Program-made: the position numbers and the translations under genes
Part shown: positions 63,385 through 64,000 of the stretch, piece by piece
Layout of the letters: each line of letters opens with the position of its first letter
Position numbering within the stretch: position 1 is the stretch's first letter
The notes under the pieces: model-generated
The model's input: only the letters and a program-made list of their open reading frames with translations
Told to the model about the DNA's origin: nothing
The model's database searches: none
NCBI GenBank assembly: GCA_050084985.1
Contig: JBITNC010000002.1
Location: forward strand, 26,040,001-26,104,000
Source of the DNA: Nageia nagi
Lineage: Eukaryota; Plantae; Pinophyta
Length of the DNA: 64,000 bases
Direction of reading: 5' to 3'

Positions 63385-64000
63385 ATTCATAGTATATACT
63401 ATATGGTATATACTAACATATTTGTAGAGGAATATTCACGGATTTGTAATTTCGTAGGACAAAAGTGATGGAGTACAAATAAGATATGCCATGTAGTACA
63501 ACTATACGAGGAAGCTCTTAGTAACTAATGGCATTAATTAGACATATAACATATCTTCTTGAGCAGGACATGTTTCATCGTCAAAGCATGAAAAGAACTT
63601 GTTAGGTATTCTTAATAACAGTAGATCGAGTTTTCAATTAATTCGTTGAGAAACATTTCTAAATGTTGTGCAGTACCATTGTAGATGAATACTCAATTAT
63701 TTGGACCTATGTGACTTAGTCGGTGAAATTTAATAATCTCATAGCAGGAAGAATGTAAATAAGGTTGGATATTTAGCCATCTTTGTTACTTGTTCATCAT
63801 CTATATAATTATTTGTTGATGCTTTATAAGAGGGATGATTGTGAAACATCTTTGTATTTATCTGAAATTTTTTAAAAGGGATGGGAGTTTTTGGTGGCTA
63901 CTAGGCCTTTTACAAAAACATTCCTAGGAATGGAGAGCATGGGAAGAGGTAACAATTCACATACACTTGTGTGCTACTCGTCAACAATTTGGTAGACTCA

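Overview
AT-rich plant nuclear DNA, most likely a gymnosperm/conifer (inferred from very long TE-filled introns and the style of the PPR and TIR fragments). 1-38 kb is a retroelement stack. An old L1 LINE ORF1 is split by a SIRE-type Ty1/copia (A, 1113-16807), which itself holds a short-LTR copia (B) and two solo LTRs. A decayed PLS-class PPR pseudogene region (~17.4-36.3 kb) is interrupted by three related copia elements: internally deleted D (minus strand), near-complete E (23199-35836), and a gag-pol-less derivative F nested in the gag of E. From 39130 to the end lie exons 1-8 of a plastid N-acetylglutamate synthase (NAGS) gene. Its introns hold hAT MITEs, a SINE, LINE debris, a gag/protease-only Ty3/gypsy with a nested 2.3-kb solo LTR, and one apparent GC-AG intron. 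The most notable observation is that the long untranslated leaders of E and F carry a variable cassette of host-gene fragments at the same position. E has tandem PPR motifs plus a probable TIR-NLR N-terminus; F has rearranged, partly inverted (foldback) PPR fragments. The family also keeps covarying stem-loop arrays in its 3' UTR and U3. All coordinates and divergence counts were read by eye.
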